From Torpedo marmorata (lineage: Eukaryota), in NCBI GenBank assembly GCA_977017645.1, contig OZ360233.1:55552001-55616000 (forward strand): a stretch of DNA of 64,000 nucleotides, given 5' to 3'. The number at the start of each line of letters is the position of its first letter. Position 1 is the first letter of the stretch. Under the pieces are notes generated by a model. The model had not been told where the DNA came from and did no database searches. It was given only the letters and a program-made list of their open reading frames with translations. Positions 49,693 through 60,486 of this stretch are shown here, piece after piece. The translations under genes and the position numbers were made by a program.

Positions 49693-52600
49693 TGTTATGC
49701 CTTTGTGTTGCTTGGGAGGCTTCTTAAATAACTAGGATACGAGGTTTCTTAACACAATGCTTTTACTCACTGTTGGCTGACTCCATCTTAGGAAAGAACT
49801 TTTTACACACACACATACATATACATACGCCACACAGTGGTGCACTACAGTTACTACATTGAGAAGGGTGTATTCTTACTCGGTTACAAAATAGTCCACA
49901 TTATCCTGACCATATAACATCCCTCCTTCTCAAGGTAAAGAAAACTTTAGTATTGTTTATCACTTTCTTTCCAGTGCAACTTAAGTAACTGAACTTATAC
50001 AATAGCTTATTTACACATTTTTTTATAGCTCTTATCGATATCGCACTGCCGGCAATATGTTGCTTCGCCATCTTGTGGATTTGGCTGTGACCGTTGTCCT
50101 CTGTGTTGCTGGTACACGTATAGGTGATGTAGCTTGTTGTGCTTCACCTGACAACTGCTGTGTTGATGTTTCGGTACTAGTGGTTGTGGTCTCTTCACTT
50201 GATACCTCTCTTGCTATTGGTGTTGCAGGCTTTTCTGGTATTAAAGCTTTCTGCTTCATCACATCTCGTGTCTGCCGGATGTGAATTCTGTTCCCCCTCA
50301 GCTGATTGCCAGTGTCTGTCTCGACAATGTATGATCTTGGTGTCTCAGCTTCTCTGATGACCTTTGCTGGGTCCATGTTTTCAACCTCGGCTCTTGAATA
50401 TGTACATGCTGCCCTCTGAAGAGTTCTGGCAATGTTTGTGCATGTTTGTTATAATGCTGACATCCTTCTTCTTGTGTGTCAGCCAGTCTTCTTCTGGTTT
50501 TCTCCTGGCCTTCCGGAGGGTGTATTTTGCTTGGCAGAGTCGTTCAATATCTCCTGCCATTTAGGAGTTCTGCTGGGGACTTCATGTCAGCCCTTAAAGG
50601 TCTTGCTCGTAATGATAGAAGAGCTAGGTATGGGTCTTCTTTTGTTTCGCGACACTTAACTAGTGTGCGTTTCGCAGTTTGCACTTGCCTTTCAATGAAC
50701 CCATGACCTTTAGGGTAGTATGGGGTTGATATATTGATAACAAACCCATACTCTGCAGCCAGATTTCTGAATTCTTGTGATGTGAACTGTGTTCCATTGT
50801 CACATATTATTTGCTTGGGTATTCCTTGTTCAGCAAGGAGTGCCATCACTTCTGAGGTGATAGTTGCCGCTCTCAGGTCTTTCACCTTTTTGATGAATGG
50901 AAACTTAGAGTAGTAACAGGCTACTATTAAATACCACTCTTGATTCTCGGTGAACAAGTCTGCTCCCACTGTGTGCCATGGCCTGGCAGGTACTTCTGTG
51001 GAAATTATTTCTTCTTTTTGTTGCGTGTTTCTGTACTTTTGGCATACTTGGCATGTAGCCATTATATTTTCAATGTCTTTGTATATACCAGTCCAGTACA
51101 CGGCTGACTTCACTCTGAGTTTACATTTCTCCATTCCCATGTGACCTTCATGTATTTTCTGGAGAATCTCTTTCCGCATTGTCTCAGGTATAATCAGTCT
51201 TGATCCAGCCAGCAGAACACCATTCTCCAACGATATGTCGTCTCTGATAGACCAATATTGACGTATTGCAGGCTGTATCTGCTTTATCCTCTCTGGCCAT
51301 CCTTGTATTACTTGTGAGAAAGCATTTGCAACACATTGTCCTTACTGGTTTCTTCTCTGATCTGGCTTAGTTTATTACTGGTCACGCTGACGAGATGATG
51401 TATCTTGATCCCCATGCCTTCCATTTCATATTTTTCATTAGGTGAAAGTCGTGACAAGGTATCAGCAAGCACCATTTCTTTGCCTGGTTTGTATTTTAAG
51501 TCGAAGTCATAGCATTGTAGTCGTAAAAGTAATCTCTGCAGCCTAGCTGGTGCCTTGTTTAAGTTTTTCCTATGGATGTGTTCCAGTGGGCGATGATCAC
51601 TTTCTACTATAAACTTTCTTCCATACAGAAACTTGTGAAACTTTTCGCATCCGTATACGACCGCCAACAGCTCTCTCTTGATATTGGCATATCTGGTCTC
51701 CGCTGTTGTTAGTGCTTTTGAGGCAAAAGCTATTGGTTTTCTTTCTTGCACCAAGGCCTCTGTTAGATGCATCTACTTGCAGAGTGAGGGCTTTTTCTCT
51801 ATCATAGTATCTCAACTCTACTTCTCTGCGTATTATTTCTTTGAGCTGGTCAAAGCTTCTCTGGTGTGATGGTGACCACTGAAATTCTACGTCTTCCTTC
51901 AGCAACTCTCTGATGTTTGCTGTGTGGTCTGACATATGTGGTATGAAGGAACTCATGTATTGGACCAATCCATGGAAACTTCTGAGTTCCTTTTTGTCCT
52001 TTGGATGCTCCATCTCGGCAATGGCTTTAACCTTCTCTGGGTTTGGCTTTACCCCATCAGGAGTGTACACCATTCTGAAAAATTGGCATTCCTTCTCTTT
52101 AATAATGCATTTGTCTGCATTAAGTTTAATTCCAGCTCCTCTTGTTCTCTCCATGGCCTCATGTAGATGAAGATCATGAGCTTTTCTGTCTCTGCCAAAG
52201 ACCTGGATGTCGTCCGTGATGCCAACAGCTCCTTTACACCCTCTGTAGGTCTCATTGATCTTCTGTTGGAACACGTCCTGGCTTACCTTAAGGCTGAAAG
52301 GTAATCGCAGGAACTTGTAACGACCAAATGGAGTATTGAACATTGTTAGTATTGTTGATTTGTCATCTACTTTCACATTCCAGTATCCATTCTTAGCATC
52401 CAGCTTGCTAAAGATTTTGGATCCTGCGAGTTCCGCTGTGATGTCTTCTAGTGTTGGTGTTGGCTAGTGACCCCTTTTTATTGCTTGATTTAAGTCTTTA
52501 GGGTCTAGACATATTCTCAAACGGCCATTTGGTTTTTCTTTGACCACTATGGAATTTACCCAGTCAGTCGGCTCAGTCACTTTGGCTATGACTTGCATCC

Positions 52601-54316
52601 TTTCCATGTCCTTTAGTTCTTGCTCCAGCTTCTTCTTAAGCTCTAGTGGTACCTTACTTGGCGCATGGACTACTGGTTGGCAGTTTGGATCTATGGCGAT
52701 GTGATATTCAAAGTCTCCAAAGCATCCAACTGAATCATCAAAGCACTCCGGGTACATGCTCATGAGCTCAGCCTTGATTGTGACAGGAGGTCGGTTTTCC
52801 AATGGAGTGTCTCTGTTGATCCTTTTGTATATCTTCTTCGTCTGGATCTCATAATTGACAGAGATCAACTGCAACTCCCGGCAGCTATCCAGACCTAGAA
52901 TTGCTGGTCCTTCTGCATCTACCACGTAGAACGTACAGAGGATGTTCCTTCCCTTATGACAGCCATTGATCTTCGTTCTTCCCAGCTGCTTGATCATGGG
53001 TCCACCGTAGGCCGTTAATGTGACATTTGTTGTTTCCAATGCACCGTCTTTTGGATACCCTTTTATTATGTTCTCTGGGAACATCTGGCAGTATAGACTG
53101 AGTGGAAGGATATTGCTTTGTGATCCAGTATCCAGCTTCACCTTTAGGTTAAATATCGTTGGCTTGTTCTGGATTGTCCTCCGTATTTGGATCCTTGTGT
53201 GCAACTCGCTTCCTTCTTTCTTCTCACCCGACATCTCGTGAAGGTGTATGGATTCTATGTCCAGCATCTGGGTGTCAGAGTCCTCATTGTTGTTTCCCTT
53301 TATGTGGTGGATCCTCTTCTTGTCTTCTTTCTTCACTGGTATTACTGTTTTCTTCATACCAGACTTGCACATCTTCGCCCAGTGGTTTGCTTTACCACAG
53401 GCTCTACATTCAGAACCGTATGCAGGGCATTTGTTTCAGTCATCGAAGGAGTGTTGTCTGCCGCACCTCCTGCAGGTCTTGGTGGTTTGCACTTTTCTGA
53501 TTATGTTCTTTATATTATCAACCCTTCCTTCTCTTTTCTGTGGGTGGGTCTGCATAAATAGGGATTTCATTTGCATCCTCGTGGCTTCGAAGGCTCTGGC
53601 TGTGTCTATAGCATCGGCCAGCTTCAAGCTCTCCTTCCCTATAAGAGACTTTTGCACTTCGGGATGGGCACTCCCCCATATTAGTTTATCAACTAATCTT
53701 TCCTCAATATCCTTAAATCTGCATTTTACAGCAATAATTTTTAGTCTAGTGAGGAAGTCATCAACAGTTTCATCAGTCTCTTGCATTAAGCCTTGAAATT
53801 CATAGCGTTTAATTCTATGATTAGACCTGGGTTCAAGGTGAGAAGCAAACTTTGTAAATATCTGCTTTGGATCATTTTTCTCCACCTCTGTAAACTCCCA
53901 GCTATTCAATAAGTCAAGGCCTCGCTCCCCCGTCCAGAGAAGTATATAACTGACCTTCTCCTCAGCTGTTGCATTTTTAAAATAGCTTTTGAATGCTAAA
54001 TTGCACTTCTGCTGAAACTTTTTAAACGATTCAACAATGTCTTCTGCCTCCCAGTCCATCACTGGGTGTGCTGCTGTTGCTGCAGCCATTTTTTTTTCTT
54101 TTGTATTTCAGCGACTTACAATCACTTGAATGGCTTTATTCTTTTTCTTATACTGCTGCCACCATGTTATGCCTTTGTGTTGCTTGGGAGGCTTCTTAAA
54201 TAACTAGAATACGAGGTTTCTTAACACAATGCTGTTTACTTACTGTTGGCTGACTCCATCTTAGCGTGTATTCTTACTCGATTACAAAATAGTCCACATT
54301 ATCCTGACTATATAAC
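49693..54316 (-). mobile_element. Mag-like Gypsy LTR retrotransposon (decayed), in a CD53 intron
   Basis: 3' LTR 49693-49919; 5' LTR 54165-~54316 with an internal deletion; PBS TGGTGGCAGCAG (tRNA-Leu-like); PPT GAGAAGGAGGGA; gag, LDTGS protease, RT, RH and IN (HEGH..CQVC, CDNG, ERQVQ) fragments with stops/frameshifts. Confidence 0.92.
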
Positions 54317-54693
54317 TATCACTCTGACATGTTAAGGCCACAGAAAGTTATGCGTAATACTGGAGCTGCCATTGTGAAACTTACCGGTAACTCATAAATC
54401 GCCTTCATCACTCAGAGTATTGAGTATAGAAGTTGGGAGATCATGTTGCAGTTGTATAAGATGATGGTGAGGCCCTATTTGGAGTATTGTGTTCAATTTT
54501 GGTCACCGTGCTGCAGGAAAGATGTTGTGAAAGATGAAAGTCTGCAGACGCTATGATTGTAGTAAAAAAAATGCTTGAGGAATTCAGCTGGTCTCGCAGT
54601 GTCCATAGGAGGTAAAGATATATTACCGATGTTTCGGGCCTGCATTTTTGCTGATACCTTGAAGAGGGGCTCATCCCAAAATGTCGGTAATAT

Positions 54694-55881
54694 GCTGGAC
54701 TACACTTCCTCACACCCTGTCCCCTGCAAGGATTCCATCCCCTTCTCTCAATTTCTCCGTCTCCGCCGCATCTGTTCCCAAGATGAGGTGTTCCAGTCCA
54801 GGTCTTCTGAAATGTCTGCCTTTTTCCACAAACGTGGCTTCCCCTCCACCACCATCAACTCAGCCCTCACCCGCATCTCCTCCATTTCCCACTCATCTGC
54901 CCTGCCCCCTCTGCCACCAGACGCAACAAACATAGAATCCCCCTCATCCTCACCTACCACCCCACCAGCCTCTGCATCCAACACATTATCCGCCGGAATT
55001 TCCGGCACTTACTACAAGATCCCACCACCAGACACATTTTTCCTTCTCCTCCCGTCTCGGCCTATCATAGGGACCGCTCCCTCCGCGATTCCCTCGTGCA
55101 CTCATCCCTCCCCACCCATCGCACCCCCGGCACCTTCCCCTGTGCCCGCAGGAGGTGCAACACTTGCGCCCACACCTCCCCCCTCACCACGGTCCGGGGC
55201 CCCAAACAGGCCTTCCAAGTGAAACTACACTTCACTTGTACATCCAGAGAACTTATTTACTGCATCCGGTGCTCCCTTTGTGGCTTTCTCTACATCGGAG
55301 AGACCGGTCGTAGATTGGGAGATCGCTTTGCTGAGCACCTCCTCTCCATCCGCAACAACAGCGACCTCCCAGTAGCCAACCATTTCAATTCCGGGTCATA
55401 CTCCCACACTCGCATGTCTGTCCATGGCCTTATGTACTATCCCACCCAGACTACCCGCAAAATGGAGGAACAACATCTCATTTTCCGTCTGGGCACTCTC
55501 CAGCCAGATGGCATTAACATTGACTTTTCTGCTTTCCACTAAACCTGCTTGTAGTTTCCTTCCCCTCCCCCCTCACCTGTCCTTCCTGTTTTTTTCCACC
55601 CACCCAGCCATCCCTCCTCCCCCTCTTTGCTGCTGTCCCCTCCCTCCTTTCTCCACCTATCATCTCCTGCCTTTGCCACCTCCCCCCCCTTACCCCCTCA
55701 CTCTTTTGTTCGGACGCCTGCTGGCATTTTATCATACTTTGATGAAGGGCTTAAGCCCGAAACGTCGGTTATGTATTTCTACCTTTGCTACATAAAAGAC
55801 ACTGTTTGACCTACTGAGTTTCTCCAGCATTTGTATTTTTTACTTCAACCACGGTGTCTACAGATTTTCGTGTTTTACTTC
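54694..55881 (+). mobile_element. Penelope-like element (RT C-terminus, GIY-YIG endonuclease, pseudo-LTR)
   Basis: ORF 55096-55542 FTCTSRELIYCIRCSLCGFLYIGETGRRLGDRFAEH; 12-bp TSD TGTCGGTAATAT (54682-54693, 55882-55893). Confidence 0.9.
55733..55773 (+). ncRNA. Minimal hammerhead ribozyme motif in the Penelope 3' pseudo-LTR
   Basis: UUGAUGA-A-GGGCUUAAGCCC-GAAACGUC-GGUUAUG. Confidence 0.65.
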
Positions 55882-56319
55882 TGTCGGTAATATATCTTTG
55901 CCTCCTATGGTCGCTGCGAGACCTGCTGAGTTCCTCCAGCATTTCTGTGCAGAAAAGATGTCAAGCTGTAGAGGTGCAGAGAAGGTTTACGAGTATGTTT
56001 CCAGGATTTGGGGCCTGAGGTATAGGGAGAGGTTGAGCAGGCTGGAGCTTTATTTTTTGGAGCGGTGGGATAAGGGATGATCTCATAGAGGTGTACATAA
56101 TCATTGGAGGAATAGATCGGGTGAATGCAAAGAATCTCTTGCCCAGAGTAGGGGAATCAGTAACTAGAGGACATAGGTTTAGGAAGAGTGGAGGGAGATT
56201 TAACATGAACCTGAGGGGTAACTTTTTTTTTAAACACAGTGTGTGGTGGGTGTATGGAACGGGCTGCCGGAGGAGGTGGTTGAGGCAGGTACTATTGTAA
56301 CATTTAAGAGAAAATTGTA

Positions 56320-56870
56320 CGAGTTCCCACTTCCACACATCGGGTTGTAGCCTTTTCTACATTGTTGGCTAGAAGAGCTATTTTATTTAAATGGAAAGAT
56401 TCTAATCCACCTACTTTGACTCAATGGTTCTCTCAAATTATGTCATGTTCAAGTTTAGAGAAAGTTAGGAGTCGTACATATGATACTTCTGTTAAATTTG
56501 AAGAGACTTGGTGACCTTTTATAAATTATTTCCACATGACCTAGTTAGTATAATTATTTTCCCTTCCGGACTATATTTAATTTTATTTTCTTTCTCTTTG
56601 TTGGTGAAGACCAGACGATTAATTTTATTAATAAATTCTCAGGATAGGCTGCCCAGTCTTTTTTTTTGTTTTTGTTTTTTTTTAAGATTAGGTGGGGTTT
56701 TGTATAATAAAAAAAATTCCTTTTTTTTGGAAGATTTCAGTTTGAGGAGTTGAGAACATATTCGTTAATTGTGGTGTAATGCAATAGGTTATATCATATG
56801 ATGTCATATAGTGATTTTTTTTTCTTCTTGATTATATACTCCTACTCTCCTCATGTATTGTTTACCTATA
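56320..56870 (+). mobile_element. L1-clade 3' fragment inside a CR1
   Basis: Translates LLARRAILFKWKDSNPPTLTQW...LEK, typical of fish L1 ORF2 C-termini. Confidence 0.7.
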
Positions 56871-58054
56871 AACAGATACATGGATAGGATGGGTTTAGAG
56901 GGATGTGTGCCAAACGCAATCTGGTGAGAAAAGTGTGGGTGGGACATTTTGGTCAGCGTGGGCAAGTTGGGCCAAAGGGCCTGTTTCCACACTGTATAAC
57001 TTTGTCTCTAAGGCTTAAAGTGGTTAATATACCACAATACCACATCTAGTTTCTGATTAATAACATGATACCCAGTTCTGGAAATTCACTACACTGACCT
57101 TCTGGAGTTGATTTGCTGTTTAACGATCTCTCAAAAAGTTCTCAAGATGTCATGAAATTCATTAGTGCCTCTCCAGAAACCCTGTCACTGACCTCGCTCG
57201 ATAACTCTAATCTTCTCCAGGAATTGCCGGCAGTTTGGAGATGAATTTCCTGTTATGGACAGATCTGCCCACAGCATGTAGCCTGTATGGACTCGCAGCA
57301 CCATACCAGCAACAGCTGCGAGGTGTTGGCAAGGGTTGGTTGGATGTGGGAGGAGTGGTGAAGTGGTGGAGCCATCCTGCGGGAAGGGAGTGGTAGGAGT
57401 ATGGGTGAGGAGGAGGCGGAGGCTTCCCATTATAAAGGAGGTTGAGCAAGGAGATGTCCATTAAGGCGTGAGTGGCCCAGGTAAATGATGTCCTTCTGGG
57501 AGCCCCGCGTGGTGCCTCCTGGGGTGAATCCAAAGGTCACGTTTATACTCCATAGAAATGCAGCAGTGAACTATTGCATATGGGGACGTCTCAACAAAGA
57601 CCTTCCACACAGATCCCTGGCAAGGTTTTTAGACAGTGTTGCTGCCCCTGACTTGCAGTGGGAGAGTGGGTGATGCAAACCTCTCTGAGCGAGCACACAC
57701 AGGTCCTGCATATATCTACCAGGTGTGTTTGGTAATACCCAATGGTGAATGCGAACCAAGCGATTTGGGGCACAATGTTCTGGGTCCACAGAGTCTCTGT
57801 GGACATGTGGCCAATCCTATCACTACCCGCAGTCAAAATCCACTGGGACAAAGCAGTGGGCAATTGGACTCCAAACAATTAGATGGTGACATTAATACTG
57901 CAAATCATCCACTGTTCACGTATTTATGTTCCATTTTAACCACAACTGCATTTTAGGTTGATAGAATGGTTTATTGTCCCACTCTAGGACTCCGAATCAG
58001 ACGCATTCCCATTTAGGACTTTCCAATGGGCCAAACAGTTCATTCCCTCAGTAG

Positions 58055-58445
58055 CATCCTCCGTCCCATCCCATCAACCCCGTCCCATCCCATCAACCCC
58101 GTCCCATCCCATCAACCCCGTCCCATCCCATCATACTCCGTCCCTATCCCATCATCCCCGTCCTATCCCATGATCCTCTGTCCCTATTCCATCATCCCCA
58201 TCCCCATCCCATCACCCTCGGTCCCCATCCCATGATCCTCTGTCCCTATCCCATCATCCTCCATCCCCATCCCATCATCCTCCATCCCATCATCCTCCAT
58301 CCCATCCCATCATCCTCCATCCCATCCCATCATCCTCCATCCCATCCCATCATCCTCCATCCCCTTCCCATCACCCCCCATTCCCATCCGATCATCCTCC
58401 ACCCCCATCCCATCCCATCAGCCCCTGTTCCATCCCATCATTCCC
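58055..58445 (+). repeat. (CCATC/CCATCAT)n low-complexity array
   Basis: Directly visible. Confidence 0.95.
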
Positions 58446-58562
58446 CATTGGGTGTTCCTGCCCAAACACCACCTCAGTGATGGATCCCAGCCCTGTGACA
58501 TACGAGCCCCATCCCTCAACCCACATCCTATAATGGCCGCAGCTGTGGCAGGTTTAGCTCAC

Positions 58563-58664
58563 CTGCTCCTGGATTTTATCCCAAACTTCCCTCACACCGG
58601 TTCCATTGTTAACTTGCAGTTCTTCCAAACCCTTTATCATGTCTTTTTTGATGTAATTGTCTAT
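58563..58664 (-). CDS. CD53: CD53-like tetraspanin, internal exon (start of large extracellular loop): IDNYIKKDMIKGLEELQVNNGTGVREVWDKIQEQ
   Basis: Minus strand reads tctctgttttgcAG|...|GTgagc; 102 nt, phase 0-0. The WDxIQ motif precedes the CCG exon, as in tetraspanins. Earlier exons were not found and probably lie beyond 64000. Confidence 0.85.
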
Positions 58665-58769
58665 CTGCAAAACAGAGACAGCAATGTTACGAGGAGACTG
58701 GGAGTTTCATCTTTCATTTGCCACAAACCGTGTGAGACCAGGAATAATTATTCAGACAAGGTGAGAGGG

Positions 58770-59410
58770 GGAATGATGAGGTGGAAGGTGGAATGATGGG
58801 ATGGCGGAGCGGGGAAAGGTAATGACGGGATGGGGACGGAGGATGGTAGGGTGGGGCACAGGATGATAGGACGGGTAGAGGATGATGGGACAGAGATGGG
58901 GAATGATGGGATGGGGATGATGGGATGGGGATGGGAATGATGGGATGGGATGGAGGATGATGGGATGGGGATGGAGGATGATGGGATGGGACGGAGGATG
59001 GTAGGGTGGGGCACAGGATAATGGGACGGGTAGAGGATGATGGGACAGAGATGGGGAATGATGGGATGGGGATGATGGAATGGGGATGGAGGATGATGGG
59101 ATGGGGAAGGAGGATGATGGGATGGGGAGGAGGATGATGGGATGGGGACGGGATGGAAGATGATGGGATGACAGAGCAGGGACAGGTAATGACGGGATGG
59201 TAGGGTGGGGCACAGGATGATGGGACGGGCACAGGATGATGGGACAGAGATGGGGAATGATGGGATGGGAACGGAGGATGATGGGATGGGGACGGAGGAT
59301 GATGGGATGGGGACGGAGGATGATGGGATGGGGACGGAGGATGATGGGATGGGAAGGAGGATGATGGGATGGGGATGGGATGGGGATGAGGATGATGGGA
59401 TGGGGATGAC
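58770..59410 (-). repeat. Same (CCATC)n-type array in inverted orientation (GATGG on the plus strand)
   Basis: Directly visible; reverse complement of 58055-58445. Confidence 0.95.
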
Positions 59411-59679
59411 TCTGCATTCCAGGAACATTGTGTCCCCAGTCGCTTGGTGTCAGGTATCGGCATTCCTACCTGCTTCTCATAGAAGAAGAGGATGATGGCA
59501 GCCAGGACTTCAGTCAGAAGGATCAGGAGGAGCAGAATGAAGAACTAGAGTGAATGGCAGGGAGAAACAGGTCCTTGAGTGAAAATTTCATCCCTCTCGC
59601 ACCATGCAACCTCCTTCTCCCACACATGTAAAGAAGCGCCCTTTGGATCAGAAGGGATGGAACATGCACCGATATTGCT

Positions 59680-60090
59680 CTCTGCAAAGTCTCAGCACAT
59701 CCCAATATTGCTCATGGTTAATGCAGTACCTCCTACACAGGCAAGGCCCCTCAATTTTTTCTCCGTTACATTGACAACTACATCGGTGCTGCCTCATGCA
59801 CCCGTGATGAGCTCGTCACCTTTATTCACTTTCCACCCCTTTGCTCTCCAGTCACAGAGCCATCTGCCCTCCCCCTGTTTGCTGGTGTGCCCTCCCTCTC
59901 TTGTCCACCTGTCTGCGGGACTGTGCTCCTCCCCCTGCCCCTTCCCCCACCATTTTGGGCACCTGCCCACAATTTGCACATACCTTGAGGAAGGGCTCAA
60001 GACCAAAATGTTGGTATGTATCTTTATCTTTGCTATATAAAGTACACTGCTTGACCGGCTGAGTTTCTGCACCTTTGCGATTTTACCTAT
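59680..60090 (+). mobile_element. Decayed Penelope fragment with pseudo-LTR
   Basis: RYIDNYIGA-like RT remnant and a degenerate hammerhead-like motif near 59985. Confidence 0.6.
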
Positions 60091-60486
60091 GAGTGCACTA
60101 CTTTACTGCTGCATTGGAGGGAATATTGCAGCCAATTGACACTCAAGAGGCTGCAGGAGAGAGCAACGTCGAAACAACCAGTTTCTCGAGTTTAATGAAT
60201 GAAAAAACTCAACCAAAATCCTGCAGATGTTGGAAATCTGACACAAAAACTCAAATTGCTAGAAACACTCAGCACAAAACAAGAAACATCTTCACGCGGA
60301 GAATGGTGAAGGTGTGGAAAACTTTACCATGCACGGCAGAGGAGGTCAAGTCATTCAATATATTCAAGAAGGGTATGGAGCAAAATCCCAATAGTCTGAT
60401 GTTTGACCTTTCAGAAATCTTGATAGTTCGGCCTCTGGCTGACAGCGTTCCCTCTCGCACAATGGCGACTAGTTCCCTCACTGCCT

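Larger units (their letters stand above)
54385..57010 (+). mobile_element. CR1 fragment split by Penelope and L1 insertions
   Basis: CR1 motifs at 54385-54525, 55948-56320 and 56870-57010; TSD TGCAGGAAAGATGT / TGCAGAAAAGATGT around the Penelope block. Confidence 0.75.

Noticed and set aside
57185-57900. Several ~100-aa ORFs as possible host exons
   Set aside because: No consistent splice frame with CD53; more likely a decayed L1/Tx1-type remnant, too degenerate to call.
58714-59495. His/Pro-rich ORFs of 220-250 aa
   Set aside because: Translations of the (CCATC)n low-complexity array.
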